The position numbers and the translations under genes are program-made. From Paragordius varius (Eukaryota > Animalia > Nematomorpha), in assembly GCA_964247055.1 (NCBI GenBank), contig OZ176053.1:12400001-12464000 (forward strand): 64,000 nt of DNA, read 5' to 3'. Of this stretch, positions 24,468 to 37,380 are shown piece by piece; within the stretch, counting starts at the first letter, position 1; each line of letters begins with the position of its first letter. The notes under the pieces were generated by a model. The model saw only the letters and a list, made by a program, of their open reading frames with translations, did no database searches and had not been told where the DNA came from.

Positions 24468-26199
24468 AGAACTCTTACATTCTAATAATAGGTGAATGTC
24501 TATTTCACATTTTTTTAATATATTTATGGAACGTAATGATTAATACCTATCGGAAAAACTTTAAATTATGCCAACAAATACCTAAACATAAACCTTAATC
24601 ATTACATTGAATAAAAATTCCAGATATAAATCCTTATTTAAAAGGAACGCATTAATATTAATCAGGGGTGTCGAAGACAAATAGCTTTGCGTACCGCATT
24701 TTATAAGTGTTATCCACACATGGGGATTAAAAACATCTTCATGGATCTTTAAAATTTAACTGTAATAAAATTTACACAATAAACCACTAGTTATTTCATC
24801 TTCTAGTTATTTTAACAAATGATAAAACATATTCGAATACTTGAATGCATAAACAATGTAATCAATCGATATATTAACGCAAAAATTATAATTTCTTTCT
24901 CACATATTTAAATTTAAATCTTGGATAAATTTAATATACATATCTTTCACCCCATATCTATTCAAAAGATTGATTTTTTCTTGCCGTAAATTTAGTATGA
25001 AATCAAATGTTATCATTAAAAGTAAAATGATAATTTTTTTATAAATTTAAGGGTAGCTTAATTTTATTTATATATCCGACGACACATTTTGTTTAAATAC
25101 CAGAAAATTAATTGCTTGGCGATGCTTATTTATTCATATGCAACATTCTGCAATAACTCTATCTTAAAAAAACTATGGTTTTAGAAAAGTTCTCAATAAA
25201 AATAGTGTTGCAAGCGGTTTACGAAAAATGATGGTTTTTAAAATTTTAGATTCGTACTAGACTCTGAGCTTAGTTTGAAATAATGCGCGCCATTTTATAA
25301 CGTCTCTATTTATAACCTTATAACTTAAAAAATGAATACTGTTCATCTTTAGGTTTTTCAAAATACCATTTGGATTAACAGTTTTAATGGATATACTAAT
25401 GTAAAAGAACAAACACTACTGAAAATTCAATCAAAAAAATGTCATATATATATATTTAACGCTTTCAAAAAATAATTTACTATTTATTGAAGAATCAACA
25501 AGGTAATGAAATTCTTTTATAGGAAAATGTCAAAGATAACATATGAGTAACAACTAGTCAACTAATTTAAATTTAAATAGCATTAAAATTATTGCAGCAA
25601 ACTAAATTATTATGACAATGTATATTGTAATACTTGCTTTTAAGTCCTAGTAAAAGTAAAGTGATTAAAAATAATTTTTATATTAAAAATTTAATATTGG
25701 GTGTTAAATATCTAATTAGATATTTGTGTTAATAGCGAAAAATGGGTCTGTTAATGTTTAATACTATTTTCTCAATGACATGCTTTTCTATAACAAAAAG
25801 GCGCCATATCAGCCAAAAGGCGAAACCATGAACCAAAAATCCGATTCCATACCATTTAAATTTTGATCAAGTTTGGGCAGAAGATAAATTAATCGGCTTT
25901 GGTTTTTTTGAACAAATTTAGATGGGGATTTGACATAAAAGTTAAGAAATGACATTTTGGATAGATATTTATTTATAACTCAATATACTTTATAATTGGA
26001 TAGATGTTGGAAATCAGGATTTTAATTATTAAATTACTATTATGTTTTTGCATAGCGTAAAAGAGGGTCCAAAAAATATTTTTTTTCTTATGGATATCCG
26101 AAATATATATCTTTGTACACGCTAAATAAAGATTAATTTTCGGCACTGGTAATTTTCGTTATTAAATATTTATCAATAACTTAACAGGTCTTAAGTTTT

Positions 26200-27320
26200 A
26201 ACCGGTTTAACTAAGAGAAGAGGTCAACATAAATTAGATAATTTGATACATACCCGATTTTGTTCAGCTGACATTGAACGACAAACACACTCTTTGAGTT
26301 CGCCAAAAACTAACGTCTTATATTTATCAATCGGTAATAACGTCAATTTTGCGCCAGAAAAGGTACATTTGTGGCAAGCATATACCATAAGAAAAAGGCC
26401 GTTGTAAATAATCGTTTGCTGGCAGACACCTATGGTCAACATACTCTATCGAATGACAAATGTAACATATGGTTTTAAAATATTAAAAATTGTGATTTAT
26501 GTGGAAGTGTGGGCGCTCTTCTAGAGCACACAACTGAGAAGACAATAAAGTTTAAGAGTTATAGGTTGCAACTCAAATTTAGCAATTTGCAAAAGCATCA
26601 TATATATATCACAAAAAATAATCAAAAGATGTTAACGAACAATAGAAATACCTCGATAAATGGGGCCTAAACAATTTGAGTGTGTCATATCGAAAATTGC
26701 AAAGTGACTTGTAAAGTTATTCTGCAACATCTTAAAAGAAAACATAGCATCGAATTGTGACAAGTTATAAAAAGACATGTATTAATTCAAGGTGAAAAAT
26801 GGTAATTTCACCTTGCTAAAGCCGGTTCATAAACATGAATTCAAATCGCTTCGGCAAAAAAACCGTGCTCTGTGTGTGGTTAGACCAAAGTGATATTGTG
26901 TATATGAACTTTTAACACAAAGAAACTGTTTACCGACAACGCTATGGTCAAGAACAGTTTAAACCATGCATTAAACGAATATTCACCAGAATTGCCAGAA
27001 GAAATGGTAAAGCGGTATTTGTAAAAACCACTAGAAGACACCTTGAAATCGCTTTAATGAGATATTTTCTCACATCCGATAAACTCTTCTCTGGCGCCAG
27101 CTGATTAATACAACTTCGCATCAATGGGAACACACCCTTGCAGAGTATAATTTCAAAGATTTCGAAGACGTGATATGACTTAACGGGTGGTCTTTCGCCA
27201 ATCAACTTTTACGGTCATCTTCGCGAACGATGGGCGAAACGTGTAAAACTCGGTCGACAATTGATTTATTCTTCATTACATTTTTTTACCTAATAATTCG
27301 GTAAAAGATCTGGTATAATC
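26200..27320 (+). mobile_element. Decayed mariner element, Mos1-like transposase fossil
   Basis: Colinear fragments NFAPEKVHL (~26345), HRIVT/GEKW, RFGKKTVLCVW (~26847), FASMG-HTLAE (~27115) and LRERWAKRV (~27219) match Mos1-type transposase. Many stops and frameshifts; termini not resolved. Confidence 0.75.
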
Positions 27321-29841
27321 AAAAACTTCTTTAAAATATTCATTACCATTAAAAAGTTTTTTTATAAAAAATCTACAGCGTTTTAAGGAAACAAATTTAA
27401 TAATTTTTGGTTAAAACGCTTGGTTATTCCATATTAATTATATTTGTATTTATGCTAATTAGCCGTTGATTAAAGAAAGAATAGTATGAGACACTTAAAT
27501 GAAATTTATAGCGAAAGGTAGAACACTAATACTTTAAGTCTAAATAAAATTTTTAGGATATATTTGATTAAAAAGTAAAATATATATCTTTCCAAGTTAA
27601 ACGGAATCACAGTTAGTGAAAAAAATAATTTTTTATAATATTAGACCCCCATAAATAATGCTATGATAAGCCATCAATTTATTTAAAATCCATATTAAAT
27701 GCAAAACCTTTCGAATGTTGGAGTTTATAAATTTTGATACTTTCAAATAACATGGAGTATTTCGATAAAAAATATTTTTAAACACTAAAATCAGGGGGTA
27801 TAAAAAACCCCTAAATATATATATAAATTTATAGGCAAATGTATCAATCTGTTTGTGCTTTTTGTTTTGCAGCCTACGAATGATATAAGAGAATTATTTA
27901 AACTTTGTAATAATTGATATTGAAAAATAGAGCATATTATATCTAATTATAATTTTTTTGTAAAAATTAAATGCTTTAAACAAAAATATTCATTTAACCA
28001 TATAATACTTTACTTAAAAAGCAAAACAATATTTTTGCAATAGTTTATTTTAGATGTAAGCTCAGAAAGTCCCAAATTTTGCCCCGACTAAAATGGTAGT
28101 GTTTTAAAAGAGGGGTGTTCACCACCTGCGGGCCGCATGCAGCCCAAATATTTTTGCAGCCAGAAATACAAAGTTTTACAAAATCCAAGTAAAACTAATT
28201 TTTTAAACAAATTTTCTGAATAAGTGGTTCCGAATTATTAGCAAAATCGCTAAATACTTGGTAGGTTTTACAATAACATAAATTAAAATATTACTGCGCA
28301 GTAATTAATTATCGCAATCACAAACAATTACCTAAAATTTTGATGTTTATTTTTTAAATTTATATTAAATATATATCTACAAAAATTTTAACAAGAAATA
28401 ACCCATTAAAAAAATATTTTATTTAGTAAATAGGATAAAATTTTGTTATTAATAATATATATTGAAAAATATTGATGTTTTTTATTTTAACACGTAAAAG
28501 TTTCTGAGGCCAATCCATCGTATTTCATATGAAAATTATCGTACTTATATTCGAATAATTTTTAGAAGCATAATATTTAATCATTGAAATAAATTAGTTA
28601 GTATAAACAAAGTTAAAATTTTCGTACAATTATATATAATTTAAAAAAAACGAATTTTTTAAATTAAACCTGATGCCAAATTTGTATAGAAATTAAAAAA
28701 TTATCTTTATTTCATATTTACAAATTATTCGTTTGAGGGTTTGATGCCTGATGTTTATAAAATACCCAATTTGTTATTCTTATAAATTACATATTCAGTT
28801 TCTAATTTTACCTTAAAATGTTAAGAACAAATTATATGATTTATACTAACATGTTGTTATTAAATATGCCTCAAGTTCATAATTTTTTAACAAAAAAAGA
28901 AGATATAATTTAAAGCAAGATAAAAATATTTACATGAATTTATTAATATCGTTTATAATGGATCCAAACTTTTTATCATGGTTATACTGTTTCCTCTAAT
29001 CACCTATAATTTTAAAATTTGCATACCACCATGCCAATGCTCTTTTTAGAATCTTTGGTAATCTCAATAGTTTGATCTAGAACACAATTCATAAAAGGAT
29101 CAAAACCACGTAAAATTCCTTGAACACATCTTCCACTGTTTATTGTTACTAAAAATAAAAAATTAGATACCATCGACGTTCTTTTCAACATATCTTTTTA
29201 ATTCGGGCGGGTGTGCTTTGGACATTTTAATTGAACGAATGAATAAAATAATCCAACTTTAATTGGGTAGGTTTATACCTCAGAGCTCAATCTTCAAACC
29301 ACTGTTTTAAAAGTAATATTAATAAAAAATTTAATTATCAAAATTATAGGTAAAAAGCTAATATCTTTTTGTTTTGTACTTTAGCTCTCAGTTCCAAAAC
29401 ACGATCTAAACGAACAGATTTTAAAAAATTAATATATATCAAAATTTTGCTTATAAAATGAAGCCAGAAAGATTTTTAATAGTTAGCATTTTCCAACATA
29501 TTAAATAATATACATTTCTTTGCCTGTTGAATTAGGGATTTAACACTTAGATACATCACATTTATTTTAGTTCTTCGATTCAAATTGGGGTAGTTGGATA
29601 CCCCACTGTTTAAAATCAAATAATTTAAAAAGTATGGAAGGAATCGAAACCATGGCAAAATTTTGCACTGATATAACATTAAAACCTAAATATATAAAAA
29701 AAATTTTATTTAAAATTACTTGATATTACATATTTTAAGCTAAAACCGAGAGGTAAAAATATCTTCAAAATACAAAATAAACTGCTATTTTTATCAATAA
29801 TAGATGTATTAAATTAAATTAGCTTTAGTCCTTAAAATTAA

Positions 29842-30420
29842 CACTTCGATTTAAATTGGGGTCTCTAAATACGCCAGACTAAATTAAAATAAAACATTTA
29901 AAAAACTACTGAAGGAAACGGTCCCAATTTAAATTTATGGTTCTATCCTAATAAAAATTATATAAATATGCCAAAATATATAAATAGATTTTTGTTTTGA
30001 AAAAAAGTTTCATAACAAACTACTTCGACGCCATTTTTATTTTACAAAATTTTTGCAAAATATCGTCTTCATTTAATTTTAAGGGTAAAATTAAAGCTAA
30101 TTTTTTATTAAAATTACATCTAACATTGATGGAAATAGAAAAAGCGGTTTAATTTTTTATTATTTTTAAATTTTGCCAGTGCACACATGTCACGTTGACC
30201 AAATTAGCTTTCGGTTTTAGCTTAAAATAAGTAATATCAAGTATTTTTGAATAAAAATTTTTATATATTTCGGTTTATTAATGTTATATAAGTGCAAAAT
30301 AGTTGCCATAGTTTCGATTCCTTCCATATTATTTAAAAAATTTAAATTTAAACAGGCCTGGGGTATTTAACTACCCCAATTTAAATCGAAAGACTAAAAT
30401 GAATGTGTTGTATCCAAGTG
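29842..30420 (-). mobile_element. Intact TTAA-flanked MITE copy (579 bp) inserted into another copy
   Basis: TTAA at 29838-29841 and 30421-30424; the flanks rejoin into the element's own internal sequence (ccttaaaa-ttaa-atcaagacgatatt). Confidence 0.8.
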
Positions 30421-30966
30421 TTAAATCAAGACGATATTTTTTCTAAAATAAAAATGGCGTCGAAGTAGTTTGACATGGAACTTTTTTTTCAAAACAAAAT
30501 TTTATCAAGATATTTTGGCATATTTATCCTAACTTATTTTTAGCCTGGGGTATTTAGATACCCCAATTTAATTCTAAGTGTTAATGAACCGATAAAAAAT
30601 TTATTAATATTAGAGGTAAAACATAAAGTTAAAAATTAACACTTCGATTCAAAATGGGTTATTTAAATGCCCCAGACTAAATTCAAACAAATATTTTTAA
30701 AAACTACTGAAGGAAACTGTCCCAATTTAAATTTATGCTTCTATACTAATAAAAATTATATAAAAATACAAAATCTAGATTAAACTTCCTTTTGAAAAAA
30801 AAAGTTCCATGTGAAACTACTTCGACGCCATTTTTATTTTACAAAATTTTTGCAAAAATTTTTATTTAAATTACATCTAACATTGATAGAAATGGAAAAA
30901 TGGTTTATTTTTTAATTTAACCAATGCACACATGTTACGTTGCTAAATTTTTGCCTTTGGGATTAA

Positions 30967-31532
30967 CACTTGGATACAACACATTCATTTTCATCCTTCG
31001 ATGTAAATTGGGGTAGTTAAATACCCCAGTAAATTTAATCTTCTTAAATAATATGGAAGGAATCGAAACCAGGGCAAAATCATGCACTTATATAACATTA
31101 ATAAACCAAAATATATAAAAAAATTTATTCAAAAATACTTGATATTACCTATTTTAAGCTAAAACCGAAAGGTAAAAATGTAGTCAACGCATGCTTGCAA
31201 TGGTAAAATTAAAAAAGAATACAAAATAAACAGCTTTTTCTATTTCTATCAATGTTAGATGTAATTTAAATAAAAAATTAGCTTTAAATACCCTTAAATT
31301 AAATGAAGATAATATTTTGCAAAAATCTTGTAAAATAAAAATGGCGTCGAAGTAGTTTGACATGGTACTTTTCCTTCAAAAGAAATTTTATTTGGATATT
31401 TTGGCATATTTATATAATTTATATTAGGATAGAAGCAAAATTTAAATTGGGACCGTTTCCTTCAGTAGTTTTCCAAAATCCTAACTCAAATTTGGTCTGG
31501 GGTATTTGGATACCCTAATTTGAATTGAACTG
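30967..31532 (+). mobile_element. Intact TTAA-flanked MITE copy (566 bp), opposite orientation
   Basis: TTAA at 30963-30966 and 31533-31536; reverse-complement colinear with 29842-30420. Confidence 0.75.
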
Positions 31533-31736
31533 TTAACATTAAAATAAGTAATATCAATTATTTTTTAATAAATTTTTTTATATATTTCGGTTTATTAATG
31601 TACATAAGTGCAAACTTTTGCCATGGTTACGATTCCTTCCATATTTTTCTAAGTATTTGATTTTAATACCTGTGGTATCTAACTACCTCAATTTAAATAA
31701 AAGGACTTGCAAAATATACCACTTTTCTGTTTATAT

Positions 31737-32623
31737 CAGGGCTTGGAACCGGTTCAAAAAAAGTGGAACCGAGATCGGTTCCAAAACAAATGAAACCGAA
31801 ACCGTGTTGGTACTTAATAATTTAAAAATAGAACCGGGTGGTTCCTGAAATTTTGGAATCGGAACCGGGTTGGTTCCTAAACAATTAGAACCAAAACCGC
31901 CTTGGTTCCTTAAAAATTTAGCGGTTCCGGAACCGGTTTTTTACATATAGAACCGGTTCTATTTTCGGTTCCTGACTTTCAATTACATGATATAAATTGA
32001 TATTATAATAACACAACCAGAATTAAATCAAAAATTGCCAAATGTATAGTGAAAGAAATATATTGTAGCATAATAAATGAAACAAAATAAATAATAGGAT
32101 GTATAAGTACAAAGTGAGAGTTAAATAAAGTATAGCATCTAAAAAATTTTATTTAACTATAATTAATTATTGCACCAAGCAAATCGCTGGTAAAATTGCT
32201 TCTCAGGTCTGAAAATAGAAAATTAAGGGTGAAAAATATTTTTAACGGAAACCTAAATATACGAACATTGTATTATAAATAAACTTGAGTTATGACTATT
32301 AGTTTTTTTAGGAGAGCCGAATCGTCGATAATTCAGAGAGTATCGCTAATTAGCCGCTTAGTTTTAGGTTTAAAGTATGTTGTAATGTGTAGTGGTACAA
32401 TCAAATTTTTATAATAAAAATCATATGGGAACCAGTAATTAAGGGGGTGGAACCAGAACCGGGTTGGTTCCTAAAAATTATAGATAGAACCGGGGTGGTT
32501 CCTGAAATTTCGGAATCGGTACCGGGGGGGTTGGAGAAGTGAAACCGGGACCGCGTCGGTTCCATCCCAATGGAACCGGCTCTTATTAAAATCCCAGGAA
32601 CCGGGTTCAGGTTCCAGGCCCTG
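31737..32623. mobile_element. hAT-type MITE (887 bp) with GAACCGG-rich subterminal repeats
   Basis: TIRs cagggcttggaacc / ggttccaggccctg; perfect 8-bp TSD gtttatat (31729-31736, 32624-32631). Confidence 0.9.
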
Positions 32624-35600
32624 GTTTATATCAATGTTATTAATAAAAATTTAATTTTAGGCTTAGAATCAAAACACGATATGCAAAAATTTTGTGAAAT
32701 AAAAATGTTGCCCGTAGTTTGATACGGAACTTTTTTCCAAAACTAAGTTTTTTTAATATTTTGGTTTTTTATATAATTATTATTAGGATATAACCATAAA
32801 TTTAAATTGAAACTGTTTCCTTTAGCAGTTTTTTTAAAGTTATCAACTTAAATATTGTCTGGGGTATTTAGTTACACCAATTTGAATCGAAGTGTTGAGT
32901 ACTAAAAATATTGGAATTTAGATGCTCTCTGGGATGTATATCTACCTTCAATGTTCATGGAATGCCAACACTTTAACGATCTCTTATGATTCATATAAAA
33001 AACTGTTCCAATTTATTTTATTATATCCTAAGAAAAGTTTTATAAATAAGCCAATTTATTTGTATAAAATTTAGTTTTGAAAAAAAGTTCCATATTACTT
33101 TACTTCGAACCATTTGTATATAACAACATTTTCGCAAAATATCGTGTTTAAATTTCAAACTGGCCTGCTTAATAAGGAACAGATTGAACCCATTGCACAA
33201 AAGTTTGCCTTTATATAACATTGATGTACTAAAATTTAAATAAAGATTTATTTAAATACAACACATTCATATCAGTCCTTCGGCAAATTGAGGACGTTAA
33301 TAACCCCAGCCAGTTTAAGATCAAATATGCTAAAAAGAATGAAAAAATTAAACCCATTGCAGATGCTCCGAAATATAGAAAGATTCCTTTAAAAAGGCTT
33401 CGTATTATTTATTTTATGGGAACCTCAATATAAAATTTAGTCAACATGACATGTGTGCATTAGGTAAATAAAAAATATGCATATCAAACCACTTTTTATG
33501 TTTATCTTTATATCATAATATGCTTATAAATATTTTTCACCCAAATTTCATTTACCATATTTTGGAATTATACAATATTTGAAAAATTGCTGTGTTAAAA
33601 ACAATAAAATAATGGCAACGAAATTGTATACAATTTTATACTTTAGGGAATATCTTTTACATCCACTTTTAAAGCTATGAAATGCAAATTTTTAAATTTG
33701 TCTCCATATCTTTGCTACTAGATTTTATAATTTATCTCTGGTTACAAATTACCCCATAAAGTAATATGCGAAAATTCATAAATCTCAATTTATTCACATT
33801 TCATTTTTATCTGCGGGTTCCAATAAATTAACATTTAAAATGGGCTTTTTTTAAAAATAAACGAAATGGAGGCATGATAAAAAATTCCTAAAAGAGAATT
33901 ATGAGAATCTATACATTGCTATAATAACAATTTGAATGATATAAACCGTATAAATACATATATAATATGATAATTTTAAAAACGATTTCCTTATTTAAAT
34001 GTGTTTAACTTTGAATCAAATTGCCCTTTAACAGAAAAAATAATTAACTATAAAACGGTTTTATTAAAACACGGAGAGACGAAAATGTCTAACAAAAATG
34101 AATCGATTTAAGATTTTTATACTATTTTCCATGCTTTGATTAATTGCTCCTGAAATATTGGCTAAAATAATGAAACTATTTATTAAAGATGCTTTTTTGA
34201 TGTCATATTCTAAGACATGTCAAATTATTTATAATTTTGCAACCAAATGTTTCTTAAATATTGCCTTTACTTTAATGTAGTTTTTAATATTTATATATCA
34301 TCAGGCGTAAACTTATAATCACTTCTTCCAATTTTTGCTCAAACATGGTTCGCAGCAAAAAATCGACGTTTATAAATCATTCATTCAATAGATAAAAGCT
34401 TCATGATAATAAATATCGAAATAAAAATATGGTGTACAGGATAAAGTTATTTCAATTTTTTTGCTATTAGCCAATTTTGTTGCATATTAGGACGAATTTT
34501 AAATTGGAGAAAAACGCATCAACGTATTATTTGTTAATATATACTAAGGAAAATTCACTCCAAAACGATTCTTGGTACAGGAATTAATATTATCGCATTT
34601 TGTCGTCAAATTTTAATCATAAATTGGGTTTAATTTATTTTAACTAACATATGTTTGCCAGATATTTAGAATTCCAATATCGAATAATAAAGCCTTATAT
34701 AAAAAGAGATTTATGATAATTTGCACCAAATTGTAAGCGTACAATTTTTGCGAAACAAACAGCATATTATATACTTTTTTTATACAATTCGATGCAAAAA
34801 ATCTATCGACTCAGTTTTTTAATTTAGGTTTTTTACCTGAATTTTGTGATTGAACATTATTGCCTTTTTGGTTATTCATCTTGTTATTGAGCAACTCCCT
34901 AAACACAAATAATGAGTCAATATATGTATTTATCCATCGAAATGCATGGGTAAAATATTTACAATATATATGGGATTTTTTGGAAAAATTATACAGCTAA
35001 TTCCGATATAGTGTAAATAAAAGATATATATTGGGTAACGCCTTAGTATGTAATAAATATATGATGAAATAAAAATTAATTTTTTCTATGATCAAAATTA
35101 CTTTTAAATTTGACGCCAGACATAAATTGCCGCACATTTTAATGATTAGTCATTCATGTCTTATAAAACAAATCTCGTTCCTTTATGCTTAATTATCTTC
35201 AACTTCATGGATAGTTTTAGAAAAATTTTCACTCTATCACAGCTATATTTTTACCGTAAATGTGGTTAACTAAACCATGGTTATGTTTCATTTGATACAT
35301 TTGGTGTTAACAACCCTTGACCTAATCAATTTTTTACAAAACATGTAATTTATTTTATCTATTTAAAAGTCTTTGATGCAGTTATCCTATATGACTTGAT
35401 ATTTCTCAACATAAACACCTTAAATAAATGCCAAAAATTTAGAAAGTATAAAGCAAAAAAAGTACCTAAATTAATTTAAATATTCATAATATCCTTTTGT
35501 GGAGAACTGTATCAGTATGGATAGAGATTTAGTAGCTATTTACCTCTTGATACAATACTGTTTGTATGTAGCGATCTTAAAGGACACATCGCTTTGATTT

Positions 35601-37164
35601 TGGTTTGGAATCTAAAAATGAGGATAATTAAGAGAGATTTGAGATTGCCTATGCAAAATTTGTTGATAGATAAAACAGTAAGAAACAATTTTTGATTCTT
35701 ATTTAAGTGAATCTGCTAATTCTCCAAATTGAATTTATCCTTAGGAAAATAAAATGACAATAAATTGTCAAATTTTCCCTATTTTACGGCAAAGCAACAT
35801 ATAAAAATCCACATAATAGTTATAAGTTAATCAAACGGGATAAATTAAGTGCTAACAAGGGCATTTTATGAGTGTTGAAATATATGTATTATCAGGGTAG
35901 AGAATCAGGTAACAAGGTTTGTAATTTTAAAAAATGGAATGTATATTGAAAGGAATGGCGTTAAATGATAGCAGCAGAGTAGATGTATCATAGGGAGGTG
36001 ACAAGCCTTAAGCTGAACATGACAGAAATTGGGTTGGAAATGAGTGTTAAAAAGTAAAATCTGCTTATAAATTGGTTCTGATTTGGTTTACTCCTTGTAG
36101 TTAACTCTTACAAGTATCTACTCTTTTTGAGTTGACTTTAAATTAAATTAATATTTCTTTCTATTGTTTAGTTTTTTATGTTAAATAAGTCTTTTTCAAA
36201 TATTATATATTTTTAGAAAAGTTAATTTTATCTTGCTGCTCGTAAAGGGACAGAAGTTTGACATTTGACTAATTTATTGTGATGTTATAAAAGGGTGAAA
36301 ACGTGATATCGCACAAACGATGTATGACAGAACCTAAAACATATCGCGCTTCTTGGGAAAAAACGAATTACTCAAAGATAAAACAGAATGTTTAATTCAA
36401 TTTTAATTAAGATGATATTAAATAACAACTTTGAGTCCCCTTATAAGATTCATATAAGTTTTAATCTGTCTCTCTGCTAGTATCATTTTTTAGTATTTGT
36501 CTTAAAAGGTTTATGGCATATTTTATGAATATTAAGATATGTCACAGCTATAACCGTGTATTTTATTTTAACACATTAATAATGTGTTAAAATTTGATTA
36601 GTTGGCTGTTGGTTGTTGGTTGGTTCATCAAGCTTAACTCACATTTTCCTGTAATTAAAAAAAAATTGTGTGTTGTGTAACAGAGCTTTCAATTATCTTT
36701 GGTAGATTATCTCATAAATTTTTGTGTTATTAATTAAAAAATTATGAGCCTGTGTATAGCTAACTGCATTTAGTATGGTTAAATTTTGTTAAATAAAAAC
36801 AGGATAATAATAGATACAACAAAACATATCAAAAAAAAGTATGAATTACACTAGATAGGTGCACTTTATTACAAAATCCGATATCTCACTTGTTACTAAC
36901 CTCTTCATCTCATCCCTAACATTTACAATATTATCACATTATTATATCGTTCAAATTAATATTAGACAACACACATTAATTAAGACATCACATTTTGATT
37001 ATGTTTATATCACTATAGTTATCATAACTGTAAATTAAAAATGAAATGGATATACAAGTCCAGTTTTCATTAATCAAATTTCATTATCAATTTTAAATCA
37101 TTTTCATTTTCAAAATTTGTTTTAACCAATACTAACTATTACTATATTTATGACATACTATTCA

Positions 37165-37349
37165 ATGAAAAAATTTGGAATCGCAACAACTATTCTCACT
37201 ATTTTGTTGTCCAAAGTATGTACTTTTTTATTTTATGTTTCTTAAATTTATTGGAAAAACCAAATACTAATCCAGGGCTGTCGAACATTCGGCCTTTTAC
37301 GACCCGAAAAATTTGAAAACAAAACAAAAGAAATGTAACATTAAAATTA

Positions 37350-37380
<31 letters not shown>

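Larger units (their letters stand above)
29540..33330. mobile_element. Cluster of nested TTAA-flanked (piggyBac-like) ~570-bp MITEs in both orientations
   Basis: Repeated termini TTAA-CACTT / AAGTG-TTAA at 29540, 29838, 30421, 30581, 30636, 30963 and (degenerate) 31533, 32890. Shared internal motifs actacttcgacgccattttt and aaattggggtagttaaatacccc recur on both strands. Confidence 0.8.

Noticed and set aside
29540-33330. CRISPR-like, integron-like or shufflon-like recombination array
   Set aside because: No constant repeat with unique spacers, no recombinase, eukaryotic context; nested TTAA-flanked MITEs explain the pattern.
35500-36120. Purine-skewed stretch that might be a decayed retroelement
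   Set aside because: No convincing RT or endonuclease motif in any frame.
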